The notes under the pieces: generated by a model
The model's database searches: none
What the model was told of the DNA's origin: nothing
What the model saw: only the letters and a program-made list of their open reading frames with translations
Program-made: the position numbers and the translations under genes
Sequence record: NC_071007.1
Length of the DNA: 64,000 bases
Strand: one strand, 5' to 3'
In this document: positions 48,574 to 57,852 of the stretch, in pieces
Layout: every line of letters begins with the position of its first letter
Numbering within the stretch: the first letter of the stretch is position 1

Positions 48574-49662
48574 TTATCGCCCACCAAACAGTTTCAGAAG
48601 AGAAGCAAGGTCCAAGGAGGTATCTTTCTTAGCCGTTGCGGTAATATTACGAATAGTGAAAGTCTCAGGCAGAACACTACCACTATTCCAGAAAGTAATC
48701 AGACCTTCACCATCATTAATAATGACAATGGTGTTAGCCAAAACTGCTTTACGAATACGAGGCATTCCAGTCTTATCAAATCGGAAACCATTTTCGCTTT
48801 CAATTTGTTTAGCTGTTTCAGCGGAAAGCACAATAGTATTTGCCATGGTATTCATGGACATAACACCACTTGCCAGTGCAGCAGCACGATTTCGACTTTG
48901 ACGATCTTGGGCTTCTTCATAGTAACCAGAAAGGTCATTAGCGCGAATATTAAATTCACGTTTAATGATATCGGTCCCTTTAAGAAATTCAGGACGAGTC
49001 AACTCATCAGCACGATACATCATAACACGACCAAACCAACCGTCTTCAGGACGAGCTGCTTCGAACATGACTTTAAGATCGTTTGAACTCATAGGGACAG
49101 GAACTTCTTTAAAGTTCAGAGGGAAACAAACTTGGGTTTGACCAATTTGGGTTTGAGCAGTAACAGTCCGACCCACTGCCAGTGCGGCATTAACTGTAAT
49201 CTCACCAAGTTCCTTACCACCAAAATTAGCACTCTTACCATTTGTAGGACCGGCTTCTGACCCACTGATCAATTGTTTCTTAGCAAGTGCTTCAACACCC
49301 TGCAAAGAAAGAAACCCGCCAGTACGTCGGGGCTGAATAGAATCCACCAGGCTACTGATTTTGATCCCTTCAATTTCACCTTGCATAGCAATGTGGGTCA
49401 AGGCATCTTTAATATCACGAAGCATGATAACTGTCAGTAAATCCTGCATGTAATCTGCATGAACAAGATCACGTTCGATTGCTACCATAGGTGCAACAGT
49501 AACTCGACCTGCCGATTGCGAAACAGACATTGTGTTAAACAGATTGTATGCTTTACCGGCCATTTTAACCGCTTTATCTACTGCATTAACGGTATCCCCG
49601 GTTTTACCTGCCGCTTTGGCAAGCTGAACAAGGAAACCGCCAAAGTTGATGACACTCAGCAT
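48574..49662 (-). CDS. Head/inner-body protein (phiKZ gp89-like position), 362 aa
   Basis: GGAG SD; GVEA and GSEA sites; LAVGRTV segment; divergent from the gp88-like gene as in phiKZ-like synteny. Confidence 0.65.
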   Translation of the reverse strand: MLSVINFGGFLVQLAKAAGKTGDTVNAVDKAVKMAGKAYNLFNTMSVSQSAGRVTVAPMVAIERDLVHADYMQDLLTVIMLRDIKDALTHIAMQGEIEGIKISSLVDSIQPRRTGGFLSLQGVEALAKKQLISGSEAGPTNGKSANFGGKELGEITVNAALAVGRTVTAQTQIGQTQVCFPLNFKEVPVPMSSNDLKVMFEAARPEDGWFGRVMMYRADELTRPEFLKGTDIIKREFNIRANDLSGYYEEAQDRQSRNRAAALASGVMSMNTMANTIVLSAETAKQIESENGFRFDKTGMPRIRKAVLANTIVIINDGEGLITFWNSGSVLPETFTIRNITATAKKDTSLDLASLLKLFGGR

Positions 49663-49687
49663 CTTTGACTCCTTAAAGGTATAAATT

Positions 49688-50761
49688 ATGAATGAACAAG
49701 AAAATGATTTTACAAATTATTCGGGAGAGACCATAGAAAAAAGAAAAGAGGTTTTTGATACCGCTTTAAGGGATCAAGGTTCTCCGGGTTACACGTCACC
49801 ATTAATAAACTCTTTGAGGGGTTTTAGAATACTGGGGACGGGGCCGGCAATGATGCCGCTCTCGGATAACACCATAGGATTGAGCTTTGTAACAAGACCG
49901 CAACTCAATTTAACAGATGATAATGTAAGTCGATCTGAGAAACTTTGTAGTCTTTATGGGTGTGGACAATACAGCATTGGTGCCTATATACGTGGTATGT
50001 TAGATGAGCGCTGGGCCGCCGCCAACCAACCAGTTGCTCTGAATAATAAAATTCCTTTTATACCGTGTCTAACCAGTTATCTAAAAACAAGTACTGGATT
50101 TGGTGATTTGCAAATGCAAATCCAAACTTCCGATCCTGGTATTCGTGATCAGGTTTATCAGCGTGTCGCTAGTAAATTGGAAGAAAACGGTTTATACACA
50201 ATGTCGCAAACTTATTTTAATCCCAAGCCTGGTGTCATACCAGCATTATTTCAGACATGGGAAGATTACATTTCGGAAGTAACTTCCGGTGATCGTAATT
50301 TAAGTCCTAGGGATTTTTATTTGTTTAGTAATCGGATTGATTACGATTGCCGTATCTATCATTTAATCATGAATAAAGATGCGGAATACTTAGAGCATAT
50401 TTTTGCTACAGTTCAATCTATTCCTAATACGTATCAAGCTGGTGCATTAGCTAATATTGACAACACTCAAAATTCAATCAGAGCAGAAGGTCAAGATGAC
50501 TTTAGTGTACAATTTAGTTCTGTTGGGATGCGTTTCAATGAACTTGGCTTGATCCAATCATTTAATGAACACAGTTTTTCTTATAATCCTAATCTTAGAC
50601 CGGAACGGCGGGCAGGATATTATCGAATGTTAAAAACATCCGAATATCAAGATTATGGATTTGGTGCATATCCATTACTTTTACCAATGACTGATGATCG
50701 CCGTAATCCAAATGGTGTTGGACGGTATGGTATCAAGCTCACCTGGTGGGTAGAAAAGTAA
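49688..50761 (+). CDS. Tail/baseplate structural protein (phiKZ gp88-like position), 357 aa
   Basis: FVTRPQLNLTDDN and NRIDYDCRIYHLIM segments; precedes the baseplate wedge-like gene. Confidence 0.6.
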   Translation: MNEQENDFTNYSGETIEKRKEVFDTALRDQGSPGYTSPLINSLRGFRILGTGPAMMPLSDNTIGLSFVTRPQLNLTDDNVSRSEKLCSLYGCGQYSIGAYIRGMLDERWAAANQPVALNNKIPFIPCLTSYLKTSTGFGDLQMQIQTSDPGIRDQVYQRVASKLEENGLYTMSQTYFNPKPGVIPALFQTWEDYISEVTSGDRNLSPRDFYLFSNRIDYDCRIYHLIMNKDAEYLEHIFATVQSIPNTYQAGALANIDNTQNSIRAEGQDDFSVQFSSVGMRFNELGLIQSFNEHSFSYNPNLRPERRAGYYRMLKTSEYQDYGFGAYPLLLPMTDDRRNPNGVGRYGIKLTWWVEK

Positions 50762-50786
50762 ATCTAATTTAAGCTATGGAGTAATT

Positions 50787-53705
50787 ATGGACTTTTCAGT
50801 TCTTGAAAAATATGCAAATAACCCCAGCCGAATTATACCGGTTATTTTTAATGACATTGAACAAGCAGCCGATGCTGGAGGTGGACAATTAAATGCAACG
50901 GGCCATCCTTTTGCATATATGGTTGATTTGATCATTGGAACTAATTACGGTTTTATTAGCCGTCTTGGAGATAGTACAGCAAAAACTTATCCAGCCCATG
51001 CACGCAACTTACAAGACTTATCAAAGGTAATGAGTGATGAGGATTGGGTTGGGGTGTTCTCAGAACCTAGCGGAGAAACAATTCGTTGGATCATTGGGAT
51101 TGAATCTCTTGGGAAGATTGCGAAAGAGTACACTGAGCAAGATGGGACTTTAGTTAATAGTTATAAAAAATTAGAGTTACCACCCGACACTCAGTTTTAT
51201 GTCGCAGGAATTCCATTTTTATTGGAAAACCCAGTAGAAATTAGAATTATGGAACACGGTGGAATACAAGTTGTTTATAATAGCAATTATAATTCTCCAT
51301 TTAAACCGTTGGTGGATAATTCACCTGAACGTGAAATTATTCAAATCAATGGTGAAAATAAATTAGCTATCCATCTTCCAGTAAGACAACTGGAAATTAA
51401 AGAGTACCCAAGCCGGCCTGTTAACATCACTTCTGGTTATCGTGAAACCATTACTTTTAGTGATCGTCTTTTTGGTATTCGCGCTTTTATCACCCCGGAT
51501 GGTTCAAATAAACGTCAAGAACTTTCTATTGTTTATAACAATGAAATTTTTGATCCTAATCAACCGACTCTTGTTATTGATATGATTGACGATCATAATT
51601 TTCAAGCAAGCATTCCTACTGTATATTTGCAAAATGAAACTGCATTAGGTCGGTTAACTATTTTGACATATACTACCCGTGGAGAACTTTATCAAGATCT
51701 TTCTACCTTAAGAACGCAAGAACATAAAGTTGGTTATTATGATTATCGTAACGAAAAAGGTAAGCTCTCTACTTATTCTGAAGAGTTACGAAATGTTAAT
51801 GACGTGTTGGTGGACAGTCTTACTCCAATCACTGGGGGTAAAAACGGTTCTAGTTTTGAAGAAATCAAGAACATGGTTATTTACGGATATCGTCGTAGAC
51901 AAATCCCTATTTCCAATAGTGATTTTAGCCAACTGTTATCAAGAGCAGGATTTGATAATGCAAAATCAATTGATACAGTAAGCCGTCGTCTGTTCAGAAC
52001 TACCAAAGATCTACCCATCCAAGAAAATAAACTATTTGAAGGGGAAGATGTTGCTCGGTTTAATAGTTCTATTGGAACATATACTGGGAGTACTCTGACA
52101 TCTATTGAGGAATTAGTAAGTTCCGGTAACGCCATTGATAACGGCAGACGAATTACTATCTTGCGAGGATGTGTTTACGACATCACTGAGCAAACTCCAC
52201 GTCTTGTTCCTTTGTATGAAATTGAAGCATTAAAGAACGCAAGTAATCAAGTTAAAATAGATACCATGGGTAACCACTCAATGGTTTATCTTCCATTCAT
52301 GTATGTTATCGATGTCACTAATGATCGAGCAGAGGTCAGATGTTATCGAGTCACAAAACCAGAGATTCGGTATCAGACCTTTAGGTATGAAAATGCAACT
52401 CTAGGAATGCAAGTTTCTGTTGGTGCAATTAATATTGTATCTGATGAAACAGGTTACACTATTTCCTTAGAAACGAAATCAACCGATACATATAAACAAC
52501 TTTCGAATGATGTTGTTGGAATTCAATTAAGTTTTAAAGTAGAAGGTTCGACAGCTCCTGCTGTAATGAAAGGAACACTCTTAGGTAAAACTTCAGAAGG
52601 TGAACGTATATTCCAATTTAAGATTCCAAGTCGTTTTGACATTGATGCAAATGACACAATTGATTTGAAAAACTTTAATCAGTTTGGAAGACCACAAGAA
52701 ACGATTCGAGTTAATCTGGAAGAAACGGCTAACTTTATCTTTACTTATAGTGGAGATGGTCTGTCATTAAAATCCAGTACTGACTTTAAAATTGATCAAA
52801 CCTTGTTTAACAATATCACTGTTGCTATTATTGAGACTGAATACAAACTAACGTTTGGACAAACCTTAAACAGTTTGTACACTCGTATTCGTCCCATGAT
52901 AGGTGAAGCGCAGTATGAGAAATATCTTCAAGGTGTTCCTGAGACTTATTTAACAGATACATTTGTATACGAAAATGGTAAGTTAAAGATTGTTGACGGT
53001 AAAGCAGTTATTGAACATCGTAAAGGAGAAGTTGTTTATAATACAGATGGTTCTATTAGATGGAAACACCTGGCTGGAACAACTGTTTATGATGAAGATG
53101 GAAACCCGGTACTATTGAAGCCACGTGAACTCAAATATCATTGGGATTTCATCGGATTTGATTTTAACTATCTCCTAAGTGAAGATGATTACGATGCCGA
53201 TTATGTTACGTTGGTAGAAGATTTCTTTGCACAACAGGTAGATAACGAAGTCATTGAGTTTAATAAGAAAACATTGGATGAAACCAAGATCGTTTTCAAA
53301 CCTCGTTCCACTATGGGGTTTACTCAAGTTATCCTTAATGAAAACATCACCAAGACAATTCGAACTGATATTCGTTTGGCGGTTACATACTACTTAACAA
53401 CAGAAGGAATGAGTAATGAGGATTTGAAAAAGTCCTTGAAAAACAATACTCATAAAGTTTCTAATGAACAATTGGCAAAAGGAACTTTCTCTGTCAGTGA
53501 GTTGACTAACCAGCTGAGAACATCTGATGCTGTTGCAGTTAAGATTATTGCCACAGCGGGAATTGATAACGTTGATGTTATTACCAACATTGATGAAACA
53601 AATGGATTTTCAATTCGTAAAGTCTTGGATCAAACATCAGACCGACTGTTAACTATTAAAGAGGATATTGATATTACATTTAAAGCTCATATCCAAAATA
53701 AATAA
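50787..53705 (+). CDS. Baseplate wedge protein, T4 gp6/baseplate-J-like (phiKZ gp87-like), 972 aa
   Basis: TGGKNGSSFEEIKNMVIYGYRRRQIPISNSDF matches the GG-x-D/N-x-E-x2-E-I-R...Q-R-x-V-T-x2-D-Y pattern of gp6-like wedge proteins. Confidence 0.7.
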   Translation: MDFSVLEKYANNPSRIIPVIFNDIEQAADAGGGQLNATGHPFAYMVDLIIGTNYGFISRLGDSTAKTYPAHARNLQDLSKVMSDEDWVGVFSEPSGETIRWIIGIESLGKIAKEYTEQDGTLVNSYKKLELPPDTQFYVAGIPFLLENPVEIRIMEHGGIQVVYNSNYNSPFKPLVDNSPEREIIQINGENKLAIHLPVRQLEIKEYPSRPVNITSGYRETITFSDRLFGIRAFITPDGSNKRQELSIVYNNEIFDPNQPTLVIDMIDDHNFQASIPTVYLQNETALGRLTILTYTTRGELYQDLSTLRTQEHKVGYYDYRNEKGKLSTYSEELRNVNDVLVDSLTPITGGKNGSSFEEIKNMVIYGYRRRQIPISNSDFSQLLSRAGFDNAKSIDTVSRRLFRTTKDLPIQENKLFEGEDVARFNSSIGTYTGSTLTSIEELVSSGNAIDNGRRITILRGCVYDITEQTPRLVPLYEIEALKNASNQVKIDTMGNHSMVYLPFMYVIDVTNDRAEVRCYRVTKPEIRYQTFRYENATLGMQVSVGAINIVSDETGYTISLETKSTDTYKQLSNDVVGIQLSFKVEGSTAPAVMKGTLLGKTSEGERIFQFKIPSRFDIDANDTIDLKNFNQFGRPQETIRVNLEETANFIFTYSGDGLSLKSSTDFKIDQTLFNNITVAIIETEYKLTFGQTLNSLYTRIRPMIGEAQYEKYLQGVPETYLTDTFVYENGKLKIVDGKAVIEHRKGEVVYNTDGSIRWKHLAGTTVYDEDGNPVLLKPRELKYHWDFIGFDFNYLLSEDDYDADYVTLVEDFFAQQVDNEVIEFNKKTLDETKIVFKPRSTMGFTQVILNENITKTIRTDIRLAVTYYLTTEGMSNEDLKKSLKNNTHKVSNEQLAKGTFSVSELTNQLRTSDAVAVKIIATAGIDNVDVITNIDETNGFSIRKVLDQTSDRLLTIKEDIDITFKAHIQNK

Positions 53706-53714
53706 CAAATAAAC

Positions 53715-53747
53715 CTACTCTCTAGCGCACAGTGCGCTAGAGAGTAG
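53715..53747. terminator. Bidirectional hairpin (16-bp stem)
   Basis: CTACTCTCTAGCGCAC-A-GTGCGCTAGAGAGTAG between convergent genes. Confidence 0.75.
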
Positions 53748-53756
53748 AATATTTGT

Positions 53757-54428
53757 TTAGTAATTCAAAAACGTATCAAGATAGTCAAGATAACTTTCAA
53801 TAGATGTCAACGTAATGTCGTTATCCAAATTCCACCAATCATACCAAATAGATGGGTGGATGTCATTATCATAACTTAACTTCTGCAATAACTCATCTAG
53901 TGTGTTATTAAGGTAATCGATATATTCGTTTACCTCTACTTCGCACCATTGATCTTTTTGAATTGACACAATTGGTTGAGATTTGCAAACTGTAATCAAA
54001 CGACCAACTGCACGACGTAAATACGTTTGACGCTCCTTAGCGTCTTTTAACGTACTTTTGTCTAGCTGTTCGTGAATCCACTTGATATGTTCAGCAATTG
54101 ATTCTAAAAGCGTTCTACGAGCTTTAAACAGCTCTTTAGCATTATGGGTCTCAACGGCTGATTTACCAAGCAACATTCTTAAACGATTAGAATTAAATTC
54201 ACTTTTTGCACCAAGTAGTGTAATACTCATATCCATCAGTTCACGATGAAAGATACGAGGTGTTGCTGAATTTTCATTATTATCAGTTAATGACTTAATA
54301 AATTCAATGCAACCTTTTTTACATCTTGGTTGATTTGTGAATTCAATATAGTGCTCTCGGAACTTGTTCTGGTTATTGATCAGAATTCTTAACTCCGAGA
54401 TAATCTTTTTAACTTCTTCTTTAACCAT
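53757..54428 (-). CDS. Hypothetical helical protein (223 aa)
   Basis: Intact ORF with AAGG SD; no recognised motif. Confidence 0.55.
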   Translation of the reverse strand: MVKEEVKKIISELRILINNQNKFREHYIEFTNQPRCKKGCIEFIKSLTDNNENSATPRIFHRELMDMSITLLGAKSEFNSNRLRMLLGKSAVETHNAKELFKARRTLLESIAEHIKWIHEQLDKSTLKDAKERQTYLRRAVGRLITVCKSQPIVSIQKDQWCEVEVNEYIDYLNNTLDELLQKLSYDNDIHPSIWYDWWNLDNDITLTSIESYLDYLDTFLNY

Positions 54429-54432
54429 GTTA

Positions 54433-55980
54433 TTACACCTTCATTGGGAGTCCAAGCTCCTTCAGTAAGTTGTTCATCGGAGTTTTGACTTGGGGAAGTT
54501 CTTTAAGAATCCTGACAACGTCAATGCTTTCTTGCTTCAAATCAAATTCTGGATAATAGGCTTTTAATACCTTTGTATCATCAGGAAGTAAACGAGGAAG
54601 ATTTAGTGAACCATCAGAATTTTTAGAAAAGAATTCTTGTTCATAACCAGGTGTTGCTTCTTGATGTGCAAGGATAATTTTCTCGGCATCTTGGGTAACG
54701 TACGCCATCCCAAGGGTTTGGAGAGATGTAATCCATTTACTGATCGAAGCTGTGGTGATAGCACAACGCTGAAGAACATCAGAAATCAAATTAACAGATT
54801 CATTAAAGTTTGTAATAGCATTTGAGAATGCCATATAGGAACCGATTAACCCTGAATGTTGGGGATACATCTGAACAACAGAATCCAGGACTTGAGCAAA
54901 TTTATCATCTACCGCGTCTTTGAGATTTGAGTAATCAAAGCCGGTAATACGATGATACTCATTTTCATTAACACGTTTGATGTAAGACTTTTGAAGTTCT
55001 TGATAAATATTAACGTGGTCTTCTGAGATCGCCTGCTTGGTTTGTTCTAAATTGGCTTTTAATGTTTCACTGATAACTTTAAAGGTAGTCTGGACACCCA
55101 GATCTTTAATTTCAATCTCATAAATCTGTTCAACCAACCGTTTTGCCATTTCAGCATATTGGGTCGGATCCAGATTTTCCATTACCAATTTATCCAAATC
55201 ACTGGTAAATGCAATAACATCTGCTTCAGTCACATTCTTACTTTTAACAATGTTTCTGAAATTATTGGTGATTCGCACATAGTTGTTTTTAACATTGCGG
55301 GACTTTTGACTACCCTCAATTAACAATTTATATGCTTTATCAATATCTTCAGATGCTTTATTCATTGCATTGACTACATCACTCGCACTTTGCGCGCGAT
55401 TCTTAATGATAGTCATTGCTTCTTTACCAGTCACACCTTTTGGAAGAGTTTCCATAAACTCATCTAAATTAAAGCTAACTGCTTCTGGTGTTCCACCAAA
55501 CGCACGAATCATAAAGTTCCGCAGGAGAGGTTTCAATTTCTCCATGTGTTGTTCGGCGGCAGCAATTTCTTTTTCGGTTTTATTAAAACCAAACAATGAT
55601 TTTAATTTGGTCAGCGCCCAATCAATAATGGCACCTAGCCATTTACGAATTGCTTTGATGATTGTCACAAATCCTTCTTTCAATGTAGAAAGAAAAGACT
55701 CCCCACCCATACGAGCATTGTGTTTATCATAAACAGGGAGGAAACTTTCAGTTCCAGAGATTTTTAACGCGGAAAAGGATTCACGGTGTAACCGGCCTTT
55801 GCTAAAAAACTCTTTAGTAGAACGTTGAATAACTTTTAAAGCTTCCTGACCCGTTGTTTCATAAAGATCATCAAGGGAGATTAAATCTTCTCCCTCATCG
55901 TTTTTTGCAAGAACGGTGACTTTTTCACTTTCGCCATGGGGAGAAAGTTGAATGACACTTGAGAGTGTAACATCAGACAT
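54433..55980 (-). CDS. Internal head protein (phiKZ gp86-like position), ~515 aa
   Basis: GGAG SD before MSDVTL at 55980; GQEA, GTES and GGES sites followed by the STLKEGFVTIIKAIRKWLGAIIDW amphipathic helix. Confidence 0.7.
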   Translation of the reverse strand: MSDVTLSSVIQLSPHGESEKVTVLAKNDEGEDLISLDDLYETTGQEALKVIQRSTKEFFSKGRLHRESFSALKISGTESFLPVYDKHNARMGGESFLSTLKEGFVTIIKAIRKWLGAIIDWALTKLKSLFGFNKTEKEIAAAEQHMEKLKPLLRNFMIRAFGGTPEAVSFNLDEFMETLPKGVTGKEAMTIIKNRAQSASDVVNAMNKASEDIDKAYKLLIEGSQKSRNVKNNYVRITNNFRNIVKSKNVTEADVIAFTSDLDKLVMENLDPTQYAEMAKRLVEQIYEIEIKDLGVQTTFKVISETLKANLEQTKQAISEDHVNIYQELQKSYIKRVNENEYHRITGFDYSNLKDAVDDKFAQVLDSVVQMYPQHSGLIGSYMAFSNAITNFNESVNLISDVLQRCAITTASISKWITSLQTLGMAYVTQDAEKIILAHQEATPGYEQEFFSKNSDGSLNLPRLLPDDTKVLKAYYPEFDLKQESIDVVRILKELPQVKTPMNNLLKELGLPMKV

Positions 55981-55985
55981 TACGT

Positions 55986-56408
55986 TTACTCCACATAGCA
56001 ATGTTGAAAGTCTTTGTATTTACCTTCTGCTTCTTTCACTAAGGTTTCAACCAAATCAGTGTAACCGGGTGTTTCAACAACGCTACCTTCAAATTCAATG
56101 GGTGCAATTTGAAGTGTAATCTTGTCAAGAGAAGCGATGTTTTTAATAGCTTCGTTTAATTGGCCATTAAAGTGAGTGATTTCAGCAATAACCAAGTTAC
56201 CGGCAACCGGATGAACTTCATTCCAGTAAGCAAGCACATAACGATAAAAATCGCCTTGATGTTCAGCTGGAATATTCAGTTTATTTTTCACCATAAACAA
56301 AGCGCGAACGTAAGCGGTTCGAACAACTTCAATCTGTTTTACAGGATCGGTTACACCCAAGCCAATCAACGCTTGTTTAACGGTGACAATGTGAGATAAA
56401 TGGGACAT
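55986..56408 (-). CDS. Conserved virion protein (phiKZ gp85-like position), 140 aa
   Basis: GAGGA SD; synteny. Confidence 0.55.
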   Translation of the reverse strand: MSHLSHIVTVKQALIGLGVTDPVKQIEVVRTAYVRALFMVKNKLNIPAEHQGDFYRYVLAYWNEVHPVAGNLVIAEITHFNGQLNEAIKNIASLDKITLQIAPIEFEGSVVETPGYTDLVETLVKEAEGKYKDFQHCYVE

Positions 56409-56410
56409 GT

Positions 56411-57766
56411 TTATTCCTCAGTAAAATATTGGGTATAAAGAGAAAGATTATGACTAAGCAGTTCTTGGGTGAAATGTTCAAAATCACGTGCTTTAAAATC
56501 AGTTCCGAATTCTAGCCAATTCATGACTCGTTGTACAGAAGTTCCTTCAAAATAAGGTTTAACTTCATCCAGGATCTTTTCCATTTCACGCGCTTTCTTT
56601 AATAACTCAGTTTTCTCTTTTACAGAGATTTCTTTCTTGTTATTAATTTCTGCCGCATAAACACGTAACACGTTTTTAGCTCGTCGATAAGGGCTATCGT
56701 ATTCGTTATTAATTTCAAGTGTATAGGAAAGTTTACACAAACCAAAAATAATTGAAAGCGCAGCAACATGAACGCCTACATAAATACCGACCGGTGGGGA
56801 AATAAAGAATAACGTTGCAGTAGCCACACCACCAATACTAAATAACTTCCCTAATGGGATAGGAAAATCAGTCAGTGAAGAAAGAGCCACGACTAAAGTT
56901 TTGGGGCATCCTACTTTTAACGCATAGATATCAGCGTACGTTTCAGAAAGACGAGTATATACACCTAACGACAAAGTCCGTCTGGTATTACGATCGTTGA
57001 TAAATTTGGTGACCATGACATTTAATGCTGTTTCATCCAAGCCTTCAAGATCTTCTTTTTTAACGGGGGTTTCTGTCCCAGTCTCTTTACCAAAATCTTT
57101 AATAATATTATAACGATCAATTCCTGTTTTTGCATTAGCTGCAAGACGTGATGTCACATAACAAGAAACTGTATCGAAACATTGACTTTGAATGGTTAAG
57201 AAATGGGTAAAGACATGGCCGATCTCGTGACAAATAAAAACAGCTATTGCAGAATGATACGGAACTTTGTATTTTTCATGAAGTTCTTTGAAAAAGTATC
57301 GGTCAATACTACCACCAACTAACAGCTCAAATTTTACTTTACTAAAGTCTCCACCGATGCGTCCTGTTTTTGTGTCTACCCAGCCCTTTAAAATATCAGT
57401 TTTAAACGTTCTCATTGCCATAGCGACAGAAGAGTGTTGTGCTGAGTAGTAATCTTCCACTAGTTTGGAATTCATCAAATGGTTAGGGAGTATATAACCA
57501 CTATCAATAGCTAGCTCTGGCTCTCCGGGTTCTGGACTACGGGAATTAACCAACACACCTGATTCCGCAAAAACGATTGTATTTAAATCTTTATAATCGT
57601 TTTTGTTCATTACCAGTCTAACAGCACCATCAATTTCTTTAACCAATGGTGCAAAGAAATCTTCTAGTTTTTTAAACATGGTTGGAGCAACACGTTCCAT
57701 AAATTCTAAGCCAGCAACACTGACTTCAAATGGAACGTCTTTTTTAAGAAAATCTATTCCAATCAT
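56411..57766 (-). CDS. Putative membrane-associated zinc metallopeptidase-like virion protein (phiKZ gp84-like position), 451 aa
   Basis: CHEIGH (HExxH, nt 57215-57229), downstream SETYAD (ExxAD third ligand), then a ~45-aa hydrophobic hairpin. Confidence 0.65.
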   Translation of the reverse strand: MIGIDFLKKDVPFEVSVAGLEFMERVAPTMFKKLEDFFAPLVKEIDGAVRLVMNKNDYKDLNTIVFAESGVLVNSRSPEPGEPELAIDSGYILPNHLMNSKLVEDYYSAQHSSVAMAMRTFKTDILKGWVDTKTGRIGGDFSKVKFELLVGGSIDRYFFKELHEKYKVPYHSAIAVFICHEIGHVFTHFLTIQSQCFDTVSCYVTSRLAANAKTGIDRYNIIKDFGKETGTETPVKKEDLEGLDETALNVMVTKFINDRNTRRTLSLGVYTRLSETYADIYALKVGCPKTLVVALSSLTDFPIPLGKLFSIGGVATATLFFISPPVGIYVGVHVAALSIIFGLCKLSYTLEINNEYDSPYRRAKNVLRVYAAEINNKKEISVKEKTELLKKAREMEKILDEVKPYFEGTSVQRVMNWLEFGTDFKARDFEHFTQELLSHNLSLYTQYFTEE

Positions 57767-57852
57767 TGTTATACTCCGGAGTAAATTAAAAAGAAAGAGG
57801 CAATAGTTTAGACCACCTCTTAATAAGACGTCATAACATTCGGGCCATTATT

